A DNA stretch of 63,478 nucleotides, the filler included, from Stramenopiles sp. TOSAG23-6 (lineage: Eukaryota): NCBI GenBank assembly GCA_900128565.1. It is 8 parts of 8 records of this genome, joined end to end, with 100 filler letters (N's around TTAATTAATTAA, not from the genome) between each part and the next. Parts side by side here need not be neighbours in the genome. Positions count along the whole stretch, not along the records: positions 26,842 to 35,656 come from LT636413.1; positions 35,757 to 44,552 come from LT636414.1; positions 44,653 to 53,433 come from LT636415.1; 5 more parts are not named here. One strand, 5' to 3'. The position numbers and the translations under genes are program-made. Position 1 is the stretch's first letter, and each line of letters begins with the position of its first letter. The notes beneath the pieces were generated by a model, which worked only from the letters and a program-made list of their open reading frames with translations, was not told where the DNA came from and did no database searches. This document shows positions 32,498 through 44,741 of this stretch, in pieces.

Positions 32498-34418
32498 TCA
32501 CTCAGTTTTTAAAAACGATACAAACTTTTCTAATACATTTGGAGGCGAAATACCAAATGCATAACCTACGGAGCACAAATTTTTCGCTAGAGCAGCTGAT
32601 AATACTTTGTGAAAAAATATTTCAAGAAGAAAAAAAATGTTACTTTTGAAATATTTTGAAAAAAAAAAAAAAAAAAAAAATGTTAGGTATGAAATTTCTT
32701 ACGAAAAAAAAACGATGAAACGTACATGGAATTCCAATCTTATTTCGTTCTCGACTCTCATTCATCTCCTTTTCTCCCGGTACTAAAATAGGACCTGGCG
32801 CTTCTTCAGCAAGTGGTAGCCCATGCAAAATATCGCACAAAGTTTGCATTCTTTCAGCATAATTTTCAGTTCCAAATTTTGCAGGATCAACACAGATAAA
32901 ATATTGTAAAAAAATATTTCAAAAACATTTTTTGATTTTTTTTTGTAAGGTACGAAATTTACTATGAAAAAAAAATGAAATGAAAGAAAGCAATTTACAA
33001 ACATTGACCTAATTCCGCTGGTTCTTTTCTGTCTTTTGTATTTGGATTCATAACCATACCCAGTTGTGTACTAAATTTAGCTGAGTGACCTGCAAATACA
33101 CCACAGAGCATTTCAACCATCATGTATCATGAAAAAATATGTCAAATTCGAAATTTGTTAAGTATAAAAAATGTATACTAAAAAAATTTGAAATTGAAAA
33201 AAATAAATGTGAAATTGGAATGGATGATAAAAATATACATTCCAAGACAATATCCTTTATAACCATTGCCATGTATTGTGAAATAAAATGTTTACAGTTT
33301 GAATTTGTTAGGTACCAAAGTTTGTAACAAAATGTAGTACCAAAAAAAAAAAAAAAACTCAGGTACAAAATTTTGTACGAAAAAAAAATACAGGTGTTTC
33401 GGCTCCACCCAATGGAAGTAAGCCTCCGCCAGCAAATACTTCTTTGCACACACGAGTAGGACGACCTTTGCTGTCGAGACCCCATTGAGAGTTTTTTGGT
33501 AGAGGTTTTCCCTCTCGCATATAAACTTCAACTTTACCTAATGGAATTACATATTGAAAAAATATATTTAAAGTATACAACAACGTTAGTTTTTGTACCA
33601 TTACCAAAATTAACAAAATTAGCAAAATTCGTTAAAAAAACAAAAATTAAAATGTATCGTGTTTATCGTGTTTATCGTACATGTATTTTGGAAAAATATT
33701 TCAAAAAAAAAATAATTTCGTACGAAAAAAAAATCGAAATTAAAAAAAATAAAACATACACAGTTGTTGCTAAATCCACAGTGACGTCGTCTCCTTTTGC
33801 ACATGGTGCGGAAAATGCAATTGGGTTTGTTCCAATTGCTCGTTTTGCAGATCGAGTGGGAAACATCGTAGGGCTTGTGTTTGTCATACTCATACCAACA
33901 AGACCTTGTTTTGCGCATAGCATTGTATAGTATCCAGCGATGCCATAATGATTTGTGCGATGTGCTACAACCCACCCAACACCAATGTCTTTCGCCATTT
34001 TGATTGCAAGATCCATGCAATACTTACCTACTACTGCACCTTGAGCATTTCCTCCGTCAACACTCGCGCAACAGGGAGTTGAATGCACCACTCTAGGAAC
34101 TCCAGCAGGGTCGACGTTTCCAGCCGACAACTCAGAACAATAAAGCTCTAGACGGTTAACACCGTGACTTGTGATACCACGTAAGTCAGCTTCGACGAGA
34201 ACTTCTGCGACTGTAGCTGCATTTTCTGCAGTTGAACCAGCAGCTTCAAGACAAGACTGTGTGTACATTAAAAGATCTTTACGTGGAATTCTAACAAATA
34301 AATCAGATTTCCGTTGTTGTAACAACACGGCCCTTTTCTTTTTGCCCATATAACATCCTACTCCAACGCAACATGCACAAAAAGCTAAAGCTGGTAAGAC
34401 TTTGCCGTCAGAAGTCAT
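32498..34418 (-). CDS. Malate/L-lactate dehydrogenase Ldh_2 family; introns 33759-33549 (two units), 33391-33271, 33238-33122, 32998-32899, 32725-32602
   Basis: ADLRGITSHG, NHYGIAGYY, GTNPIAF, DLATTV|IPLGK, GYKGY.LGM|MVE, GQCF|ICVDP, ILVPGE. Confidence 0.93.
33122..33238 (-). mobile_element. Introner-like intron, GT-AT
   Basis: Removal restores GYKGYCLGM-MVE. Confidence 0.88.
33549..33759 (-). mobile_element. Two abutting family introns: 33759-33681 (GT-AT) and 33680-33549 (GT-GT)
   Basis: Internal AAAATACAT|GTACG junction; total removal gives DLATTV-IPLGKVE. Confidence 0.8.
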
Positions 34419-34756
34419 GGAATTAGCAAGTATGCCACAAATTAATTAGTATATTAATAATAGCTATTATGACATTGGATTGTCGATTTTTCGGTGTTAT
34501 TTCGATTTTTTTTTTATCCGTTTTTTTTTGACACGTCACGTGCTTGTCAGATATGATATTATATATACCTGGCATATGACATTTTTAAACAGTGTGTGGT
34601 CTTCTCGCGACTCATCTTGCCATCTTGATAATATACATTTGAATACTAAGAACCGTCCAGTGTGTATATGCAATTACCACATCGTATTTACTAACGAACA
34701 CATCGTCGATAAATATACTATAGGAAAACTAAATTTAACAAGATATATTCCTCTCA

Positions 34757-35569
34757 ATGGCACAAATTCAAACGCTGAGATCTCTGGTAGATGAAAGCTG
34801 GACGAAATCTACTGTGACAGTTCCTGGTACCCGCGGTGAATGCCTTGAAGTTTCTGTGATTTCGCCAACATCTGTACTGGTCCATTTCCGACAGACATCG
34901 ACTAACTCGGGGGCTACAGAGCGAAGCTGGTCTTTGGTTGACGAAAACGGTGAAAATCCCTGGAATGGTATATCTCGGACACAACTCCCAAACTCATCTT
35001 TCAACCTTCAAACGAAAAGTACTGGAGAACTGGTCGTAAATACTGATGCTTTAACGTTAGAAGTCAAAGGTGGAACTAATGACAAAGAAGCTCATTTGCA
35101 ACTTTGCTGGTACAGAAACGAAATGGAAGTTCCATTTGCAATGGATGTGAGTGTCGGTGCGTATACGTACAATCAGGGGACAACTTCGTCGCATTATATG
35201 AAGCGCTATGCATCAGAAAGTATTTACGGTCTAGGGGAATGTACAGGTGGAATTAATAGAGCTACTCCACCTCGTCGTTTTCGATTACTAGCTACCGATG
35301 CTTTAGGATATAATGCAGAGTATGTTTTATTTTTTTTCAATTTCGAATTTATTTTCGTACGAAATTTTGTACCTAACGATTTTTAGTTTTTTTTTTTTGA
35401 AATATTTTTCCAAAATACAAGACGTCAGATCCGACATATAAGCACACACCTTTTTTCATTGTTTACAATCCAGATCTTTGCATCGCATATGGAATGCTCT
35501 ACGATCAGCTTTGTGGGGGTGTACTTGACTTTGGAAAGGAAATTTCTGCTTTTCGAGGGGACTACAGAT
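34757..35569 (+). CDS. GH31 alpha-glucosidase, N-terminal part (3'-partial); intron 35320-35420
   Basis: IYGLGE.TG..NR, DALGYNAE|TSDPTYKHTPFFI, DFGKE. Confidence 0.85.
35320..35420 (+). mobile_element. Introner-like intron, GT-AA
   Basis: Near-consensus copy; the AG one base later shifts the frame and destroys DP.YKH.PF. Confidence 0.88.
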
Positions 35570-35830
35570 GTATGTTTTATTTTTTTTCAATTTCGAATTT
35601 ATTTTTTATAGTAAATTTTGTACCTAACGATTTTTTTTTGAAATATTTTTCCAAAANNNNNNNNNNNNNNNNNNNNNNNNNNNNNNNNNNNNNNNNNNNN
35701 TTAATTAATTAANNNNNNNNNNNNNNNNNNNNNNNNNNNNNNNNNNNNNNNNNNNNTTTCAAAAAAAAATTGTTAGGTACAAAATTTCGTACGAAAAAAA
35801 AATTCAAATTTGAAAAAAAATAAAACATAC

Positions 35831-36235
35831 ATTTTCGGCTGCAATATGAAGCGGTGTCTCTCCACCTCGACCTCCTTCATTAGTAGCTTTATCTCTCACA
35901 GAGGCACCGGATTTTAGAAGATATTTAACAACGTCGTAGTGCCCGGCTGCACAAGCTAAATGCAATGGTGTTCTAGCACCATTCGTTTTGATATGTACAT
36001 CAGCTTTAAAGAATACAAGGATTTGAACTACCTCGATATTTCCTGATTTAGCAGCCCAATGAAGTGGAGCGTTTCCGCCCGTTGTTTTGTCGTCTATACC
36101 TCCTACACCTACACTAAGTAGTTCGACAAGCTTTTCAAAGTCCCCAAGAAAGCAGGCTTGGTGTAATGGAGGATGTTTATGTAAAGGTAATCCACCGACT
36201 TCACGAGGTCCACCAGGAAGAACTTCCCGTGCCAT
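35831..36235 (-). CDS. Ankyrin-repeat protein (3'-partial)
   Basis: PLHQA, PLHWAA, TPLHLA, TPLHIAA; family intron begins at 35830. Confidence 0.85.
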
Positions 36236-36786
36236 ATTTAATATCTATTATATCAACACTAAATGTACAATATTCATGCTCAGCACAAGTATAGTATATG
36301 CGAATACTATATACTTTTGGAGATCTATTTTAGGATATGAAACTTTGTCAATGTGTTGCGTAGATTTATTTAATTTGTGAAGTTTGAGTTCTACTATCCA
36401 ATACTATTTGAGAGATCTTAATACTCGTGTTGGCCTATATGATTGTACTATATAGGTATAGGGTCCCGTATATTACTTTGCCTGTTACACGTACTTTGTT
36501 ATTAGCTATTACACAGTTATAATATGAAGGATAGAGTACCTTGTATATAAATGAGATATTCTATTAGGAAATTGCGGCTAGTCAAAAAGTGACAGTTTCA
36601 TAAACTGTCAAACGCAAAGCGAGGTTCAAGAATCAAGATACTAATAGGTCCTAATAGGACTATCCATTACGGTCACATCTTGATAGATCTTCTAAAAAGA
36701 ATATACAGTCACAAATATTTCTCAATATAGGAATTATATTGATTTTTCTTGTTGATTTTAATACCTGAAATGTACATATTACCATA

Positions 36787-39700
36787 ATGTCAGGGTTGAC
36801 ACTTCCACCTGTGCATGACAACCCGGCAAAAAGCGTCACAAATCCAAGTTTGAAACCTTCGCGGGAACTTGGACTTCGTTCACAAAGCGTCATTGACAAA
36901 ATACCAGAGGGATACGAAATGACAACACTTGGAACTTTAATACGTCTTCCTGGTATTAGTGTAGAAGCAAAGCATTCCGCAGCAGAAAGAATCCGTCAGG
37001 AGAAAATAAAAATGAGAGCAACGCAGAGAAAACTCCAAAGGCTAAAATCGTTTCGTCCAAATGAAACGAGGACTGGCCAAAAATTGAGACTTGAAAGTGC
37101 AAAGGTTGCACAAGACGAGTGGAAAGACTACAAAAATGCAAATAAGTGCAATACTTTAATGGCGCTAAAGGAAAGCATTAAAAACAATCCAGTCAATCCA
37201 GCAATGTATGTTTTATTTTTTTTCAAATTCGATTTTTTTTCGTACGAAACTTTGTACGTAACAATTTTTTTTTGAAAATATTTTCCAAAAATATATACAC
37301 TGGGCAATTGGAAGAAAATTATATAATAGTGGAAAGTGGCGCGAGGCATCAGCTTCATTAGAAACTGCTTTAAAACAAGGAATTCCGGAAAACGATATAG
37401 TTGAAGTATATGTTATGTTATCAGATTGTTTATATCATATGTATAAAGATGATGGTTTTCATGATAGTGCTTTGCTGTGGCGATCAAGAGAAATTGATCT
37501 AAAAGTATTACAGGATGTGAAGTATAACACCGATGAGAGGCTAATGCTACGTGTAGTAGAGTCTTGTAAAAGACTCGGAAAGCCACACCAAGCATTACAA
37601 GCAGCTGCAAGAGTACTTTCTTGTACTATTGATCAATTGGAGGATCACTTAAATCCAGGTACAGCAGAACTAAATGCAATACTTACCCCAGGGTCAAGTG
37701 ATGTTCAAAATATTATTTCGCCAAAAAAAAGTGATACAAAAGAGAAATGTAAATGTACAGTTGGTGATATAAATCCTCTAGGACATGAATTATCTTTACA
37801 AACAAGAATTTCGGCATTAATGACAATTGCGGAAATTCATCAAAGTTTAGAAAACTATGGAGAAAGTGTATCAGCTTTGAAGCAGATCGATGCATTAGTG
37901 AAGAAGGAATCAGAGAACAAAAACTCGAAAAATAATGAAAAAAATACAATTAGTTATAAAACAACTCGTGTTAATATCCTTCCAACACCCTACGTAAATT
38001 GGCATATCCCAGCTTTGCTAGGGCGTGCGTTACTACTGAGAGCAGGCGAGGCATCAGTTGAAGGTGAAGGGTATTGTACGTTTTCATCTTTAATTTTGAT
38101 TTTTTTTTTTTTTGTAAAAACAAATTTGTACCTAACGAATGTTGCATTATTAATATTTTTCACAATACTTGCGTTGGTGCTGAAGCAAAGCGAGTTTCGC
38201 GTGATCGAAAAGCAGCAAAGAAAATGTTTCTCACAGCAAGAAGAAATCAAGTACTCAGTGAACAACAACTCTTGGAAAGTAGATTATCGTCGTGTGAAGG
38301 TGGAAGATACGTACTTGAAAAGAAGTTAAGAAAAGGAAAAAACGGTAAATCTATTTTATCGAAAGCTGCAAAAAATCAAATCGAATTAGAAATATTAAAA
38401 AGTGTGCGAATTCGTGACCAGTTAGAAGAGAAACTATCCATTTGTGAAGATTTCCTTGCTCTTGATGAATCTAGTCCTGCAAAACAACGACAGTTATCCG
38501 AAGAATGGAGTGAACAATATGACACGTGGCTTGTTCTAGCAAAAGCACATAATGAAGCTGGACGGTTTTTCTTTGCTAATGACGCCTTTAGCGTTGCGAT
38601 GCGTTTAGGTGGTCATGATTCGTTTGGATTTGAGGAGTGGAGCATGAGTGCAAGGAATTTATATGCTTCGGGGAAAAAATATATTTCTTTAGCATTAACG
38701 GCTGCAAAAAATGCATTACATTTATCTCCTGAGGACTGGAACATGAAATGTGATTATCAACGTTGGCAAGGTTTACCTCAACCTGTCAAACCTACACGAA
38801 GTATTCTTCTAACAGAAGACGTCGCTGGGCTAAGTAAAGCAAGTTTAATAACAGAATGTCGTGCAAGAGGTCTTCCCGTAATTGGCGAAGAAAGTGTATT
38901 GAAACGACAACTATTGAATCGTGTGGGTAATGAAGATGTTGATGAGATGCGCAGATGGCAACAAAAGAAGTTTAAGCGCGAAGCTAGGGAGAAAATGGAG
39001 CGTATATCAGCGACGCGGATACAAACCCTTGCGCGAGGGAAACAAGCAAGAACTCTGGCAAAGACAAAGAGAGTTGTTAAATCTAGTCGGTGTCGTCGAT
39101 TGGTAGCCGCAAAATTACAGGTATATTGGCGAGGGGCAGTCGGACGATTGCGCTTTGCTGTTGCATGGGAGGCACGGAAAAGAAAAATAGAAGCACGCCT
39201 TGTAAAAGCAGCATCAGAGGCCGATTTATTAAAGTTGGATCGTATTTTAATTGATGCCGAAAAAGGCGAGGGTAATGGCGTTGGTATATACATTGAAGCC
39301 TGTGTTTTTGCACATGCAAGACAATGTTTGGTGAATTTATTAAAATTACCCGATGACGTCAGTAACATGACGCGAGGTCGGCGTTTAAGAACAAAAAAAG
39401 AGCTCAAACGCTTAGGGAAATTATCGATGAAAGAAGGAGTAACCGTATTGGAACATTATGATCCAAAACATTCAAGCGGTCTTAGTTGGCATGAAAAGAG
39501 AGGCATCATGCTTCCTAATGAAGAAGATACGATTGAAGTTGTAAATAGCGCTCCGCTGGTCCCACAAAATAATATTGGCCATTATCAAGAAAATTCATAT
39601 CAAAATGAGTGGCAAGAACAACAACAACAACAACAACCAAATAGTGATTGGGGTACACAACAACAATCAAATAGTGATTGGGGCACACAACAACAACCAA

Positions 39701-39792
39701 ACAGTTATTGGAATGATCAACCGGGGGACTGGGGACAACAACAACAATATGGACATTGGAATGAACAGCAACAACAAAACAATAATTATTAG
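36787..39792 (+). CDS. TPR-like/SAP-like/IQ-motif protein with a Q-rich tail; introns 37206-37296 (GT-AT), 38076-38170 (GT-TT)
   Basis: Three ORFs join in frame after intron removal; L..ECRARGL...G....L..L and ATRIQTLARG motifs. Confidence 0.75.
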
Positions 39793-40085
39793 GTATTTTT
39801 TACATTATAAAGTACACAGTTACAGAATATTTTATCCTAAAGCTTGCCTACATCATCAGCCTTACTTATCATCAATCATTTTTATATGTTAATTATTTCT
39901 GTGTGTATATGTTTTCATTTTTTTTTTTTTTTTCATAGTAAATTTTGTACCTAACAATTTTTTTTCAAATTTTTTTTAAAATAGTTTTTTTTTTTTCTCT
40001 TGACATATAGATTTACTTGCTTCTGTCTATCCAAAGATTATGAAGAAATCCATAAAACGGATATGATTACAATAGATTTATTAAT

Positions 40086-43000
40086 TTAAGCATCAAGTGA
40101 AAGTGTTTTTAAAAGTTCAAGAATACTTTTCGCAAACCCTAAACCCATATTTTGAAATATTTCGGTTGTAAAATGAATTCGTTTTGAAAGGTTTGATTGA
40201 CTGTCATTTTTAAAACATTTGTTTGACATATCAATATCTATGTATGCTGATTCTTTCAGAAATCCACCTCCAAACGTAGATTCAATCGTCATTGATCGAT
40301 CTACTCCAATATCCGCAAAGATAGACACGCGACCAAAGTATTGTGGAAAAATATTTCAAACAATTGATTTTATTGTTAGGTACGAAATTTTCTATGAAAA
40401 AACATAAATTTGAAATTAAAGTGGACAACGTACCAATTCCTTTTTTTAGGATGGGTCGTAAAAGTACACTGCTCTTCACTGAATCCAGGAATAAAATCTG
40501 TCATTAATTTTGCAAATCGTTTTGACTTCGTAGCGGCATCAGGATTTTCATTCTGAGGCCCATGTATCGTGAAAAAATATTTCAAAAATTTGATATCTTT
40601 TGTTAGGTATATATAAAACCTTTTAATCCTAAATTCATGGCTTACACATGATAAAATATAGTGTGAAATATAATCGAAATTTTACGTACTTCACCACACA
40701 GATACGCAAAGACTTGAGTTGCTCGACTATGAGCATGCATATCAGCAAATAATAAAACTCGATGATTATCGACATTTCTAGTCTCTTCATTTGCGTTAAA
40801 TGAATCAAATGTTGGTGTAGTTGCAGTGACATTTTTATCAACATATCTAATTTCCTTTGAAACACTGTCTAAAATGTCCCAATTTTCATAGGAATTATTT
40901 GTATTTGTACCATTTGTTTGAAAATCATTAGGGACGAAATTCCTATTCCGACAAGAATTTATGATGTCTTTCCAAAATAGAATTCCAGGACTCTGCGTCA
41001 GTGTAGGACACATGTACTGTGAAAAAATCTAGATCTCAAATTTATTAGGTATGAAATTTAGTATGAAAAAAAAAATGAAATTGAAATAAGACGTACATAT
41101 ACTGTCTATTTGGATCCAGACCACTAAGTGAGCATCTAGTTGTGCCACATATTACACCATCAACATTCAGCATTGGAACAACCTTAAATATGATGTGTTT
41201 TCGGAGTTCAACGGCGTCTTTTTCATTAGATACAATAAATGAAAGAAACCCGTCCATCATCCATGTATAGTGAAAAATATCTCAAATTTGAAATTTATTA
41301 TAAAAATAGAATATACATGGATACATAAAAACATATTTGGGTACGAAATTTGGTACGGAAAAAAATCATTATGAAAACGTACACGATGCAGGTGTTTCTC
41401 CAGGATGAACTCTTCCTGATATACAAACATAATACCGTTTATTGCGTTCAACTAAAGAGCTATTGTAATCTGTTATTGTAAGTAAAGGTATATCATTGCC
41501 AAGTAAAGTATGACAAAGTGTTCCTCTACGAACACAACATTTCATAGTAATTTGGGAGAGTTTTGATAAAAGTTGACTATATGTATATGGTTGACATGCA
41601 CTTCGGGAAAATGTGTTGAAAGTTTTTAAAAATCGTTAGGTACAATACAAAAACACAAGTGTAGGATTTGAAATCATAGAAATAAGCTAAAAAAAAACAT
41701 TTGAACAATACATTTGAACAATACATTTGAACAATACATTTGAACAACGTACAATGTGCAAAAAAAACTCGATCATTATCATGTGTAGCTGTATACTTCC
41801 ATGACAAGGTCGAACACCCAACGTATTGTTTTGAAGCAGCAGACAATATTTCTTTTTTTTTCTTTAAAAAATTTGCCATATGAAAATATCTGACGTCATG
41901 TCCTCCACGATACCATCCTTTAGAAATCAAGCCATCATTATTATTATCATTCTTACTACTACTATATGTGCTCATTTCTGAAAATATACACGGTTTCATT
42001 CCTCGTTTGTACATTGAGTCAGGTTTTTCTAAATTTACATGTATTGTAAAAAAATATTACAAAAATTTGTTTTTTGTAAATTACAAAATTTCATATGGAA
42101 AAAAAAATAAACAGCAATAATATCCAATATTACGTACAATATTAAACTTGTATGTTACACCCCGTCTAACATTAGAAATGGAAAAGTAGTACCATTGAGC
42201 ACATAGACCATTATTAATGTCCCCATTTAAGAGTAGTTCATATTCTTGAATATATGATTTTGTTTGTTCTCCAGACGGATGTATTTTGGGAAAATATTTA
42301 AAAATTTTGATTTTTTTTATTAGGTACAAAACCTTTTACATTTTGCACAAAATAAATATAATAAAGGATGAAAACATGCGTGATATTGCAAGGAGCCTAA
42401 TTGATAAGCCGATCCTAGGTTAGCTGACTCAAATGAACAATTAAATTCAAGGACGTTTTCTTTTCTCAAATTACCTCTTTCACTGAGTAGAGAAGGATAA
42501 GCAATGTTTTGTAAAAAAATATTTCAAACATTTGAAATCGTTAGGTACGAAATTTCGTACGAAAAAAAAATTGAAAAAAAAATAAAACGTACATGCGGTT
42601 TTTGAAAACTGGACGTTTTATACAATATTTACGATTACCATCATCATCTTTTTGAGGGGATACACATTTTAATACTTTCATTAATTCTTCACGATCAATC
42701 TTTTGTTGGTGACCAGTAGATGGCAATTCCATAGGTTTTATTGATTTTACACCCATTCTAGCATTTGTGCTTTTTTGATTTTTTTCGTTAGGGTTGGAAT
42801 TAGATTGTTCGAACAACCACTTTTGAGGAGATACAAACTCATATGAGTGGGGGAATAGTGAAATTACACCAACTTCTTGTGATGACCTTGAAGGATCAAA
42901 TTCCTCGAAATTATCATATATTTGCAACTTCTTTGACTGATTTATCATACTTTTTGCGCTAGATAGTTTTGTATCACACATTTTTGTATCACAAATTTTT

Positions 43001-44496
43001 GTATCATATATTTCTGTATCTTCAGGCCAACAATCAATTAAGCTTCCCTTCCGATTGGTTATATAAGAGCTTCCACTACGCTTTGGAAAACTATTTGCAG
43101 TTGATGATAGTGTTGATGCAGTTACAGCATCGGATCTATTTATGTTTGATACTTTACTAAAATTCACTACAGCAGAATCTGTGCAATAAGAGGCGGTACT
43201 TGGTAATTTTGAAATTAAATTTTTTTTTTTGGAACTAGAATTTGTACCTAACAAATTTCGAATTTGCTGAGTGACACCCCGTTTAGTGGAATTCGTATCA
43301 TCACTTTCAAATAAGACGCCATCTGAGACTGACCATGTTATCTTTTGCGTTGGATTATCAATGTCTCCAAATAAAAAATACTCGCACTTTTCTAGGCTAT
43401 CTGAATGTAATAATTTTTGCTTCTCATTCGTACCAAATTTCGTACCTAACGAATCACAATGGGTAAATTGTGCGGAATGCATGTCCCACAAAATTGATGC
43501 TGCATACATCAAAGAGTCTAGGGTTAGTGTTCGTGGTAGATTATCATTATAAAAATTACACTTATTATTTTCTATATTATTTGTTGTGTATCAAGAAAAA
43601 ATATTTTTGTTTTGTAAAAAAATCGTTAGGTACAAAATTTTCTATGAAAAAAAAACAATTATAAAAAAATAATGATGAACACCTACATTTTCCCCATGTA
43701 AAATCCAACACGTAATAAAAGAGAATACACCGAATCCTGTGAATCAATTTTATACGTATGATGCGACACATTTTTATCTTTGCTTTCCTCTTTTTCATTT
43801 GAACTCAATGAAGATAAAATCTGGGATTTCGTGTATTTTTCACCAACATTTTGTTCAATATTTTTCGTGACTTTCTTTACAGTTGTTTTTTTGCTTCGTT
43901 TAATTTTTCGCTTTGATATTTTAGATATTTTATTCATTCGTACCATTTTTGGTACTACTCCACCCATATATGCAATCTTCAAGTTGTATTTAGATGTAGT
44001 TATTAATCTCAATAATTGCAAACATTGTGACATTTGAAGAATATTATTTTGACATTTTTTAAGGTATTTAGGATTTTTAGGATTTTTAGGGTTAGGGTTA
44101 GGGTTTACAGTTGTACGAGTTTTTTTGTTTATTTGTTTCGGTTCTAATTGTTCTTGAATATCACTTATATACTCAAGCAAAATTTTAATACCACCTTTTG
44201 CAAAAAATGGATCACAGTCATCCAAAAAGTGAGAAAAAATGTAATGCAAAAACTGAAAAGCAATAGAGCCCATACATGTCATATTTTCCACATTTTTTGA
44301 AAATTTTGTTGGTGATATTGGAGATATTAATTTAATAAGAATGTGCAAACCTTCAATTTTAATGAGCCGATTGATGTTTGTGCTGCTAGTACTGCTTGGG
44401 TTCTTCATCTTCATTTTCTTTAATTTCGTGGGAATTCCGCAATAAATGACTAAAAGTTCAAGAGTTAAGTTAACTAACTTGTCATACTTACGATTG
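40086..44496 (-). CDS. Cytosolic carboxypeptidase (AGBL/CCP, M14), 5'-partial; introns 43686-43586, 42592-42504, 42379-42279, 42137-42039, 41752-41596, 41382-41263, 41096-41012, 40689-40562, 40433-40336
   Basis: FESANL, QWYYF, FNI|VNLEKPDS.Y..GMKP, FAH|CQPYTYS, RVHPGETPAS|W, PMLNVDGV..G..RCSLSGLDPNRQ, DMHAHS, TIESTF. Confidence 0.92.
41263..41382 (-). mobile_element. Introner-like intron, GT-AT
   Basis: Removal restores HPGETPAS-WMMDG. Confidence 0.9.
42039..42137 (-). mobile_element. Introner-like intron, GT-AT
   Basis: Removal restores YKFNI-VNLEKP; next AG is out of frame. Confidence 0.9.
43586..43686 (-). mobile_element. Introner-like intron, GT-AC
   Basis: Ends GATACAC at the family-aligned position; frame restored; first downstream AG is out of frame. 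Confidence 0.7.
44086..44105 (+). repeat. Interstitial (TTAGGG)n tract inside a coding exon (one of about 12 such sites)
   Basis: TTAGGGTTAGGGTTAGGGTT, read as NPNPNP on the coding strand. Confidence 0.8.
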
Positions 44497-44741
44497 ATGT
44501 ATTTTGGAAAAATATTTCAAAAAAAAATTGTTAGGTACAAAATTTCGTACGANNNNNNNNNNNNNNNNNNNNNNNNNNNNNNNNNNNNNNNNNNNNTTAA
44601 TTAATTAANNNNNNNNNNNNNNNNNNNNNNNNNNNNNNNNNNNNNNNNNNNNTTTTTTTCAAATTCGATTTTTTTTTCGTACGAAATTTTGTACCTAACA
44701 AATTTAGGTTTTTTTTTTTGAAATATTTTTCCAAAATACAT

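Noticed and set aside
40086-44496. Pseudogenes, frameshifts or an alternative genetic code explaining fragmented ORFs
   Set aside because: Removing the inserts gives intact frames with the conserved motifs, and intronless genes read normally in the standard code.
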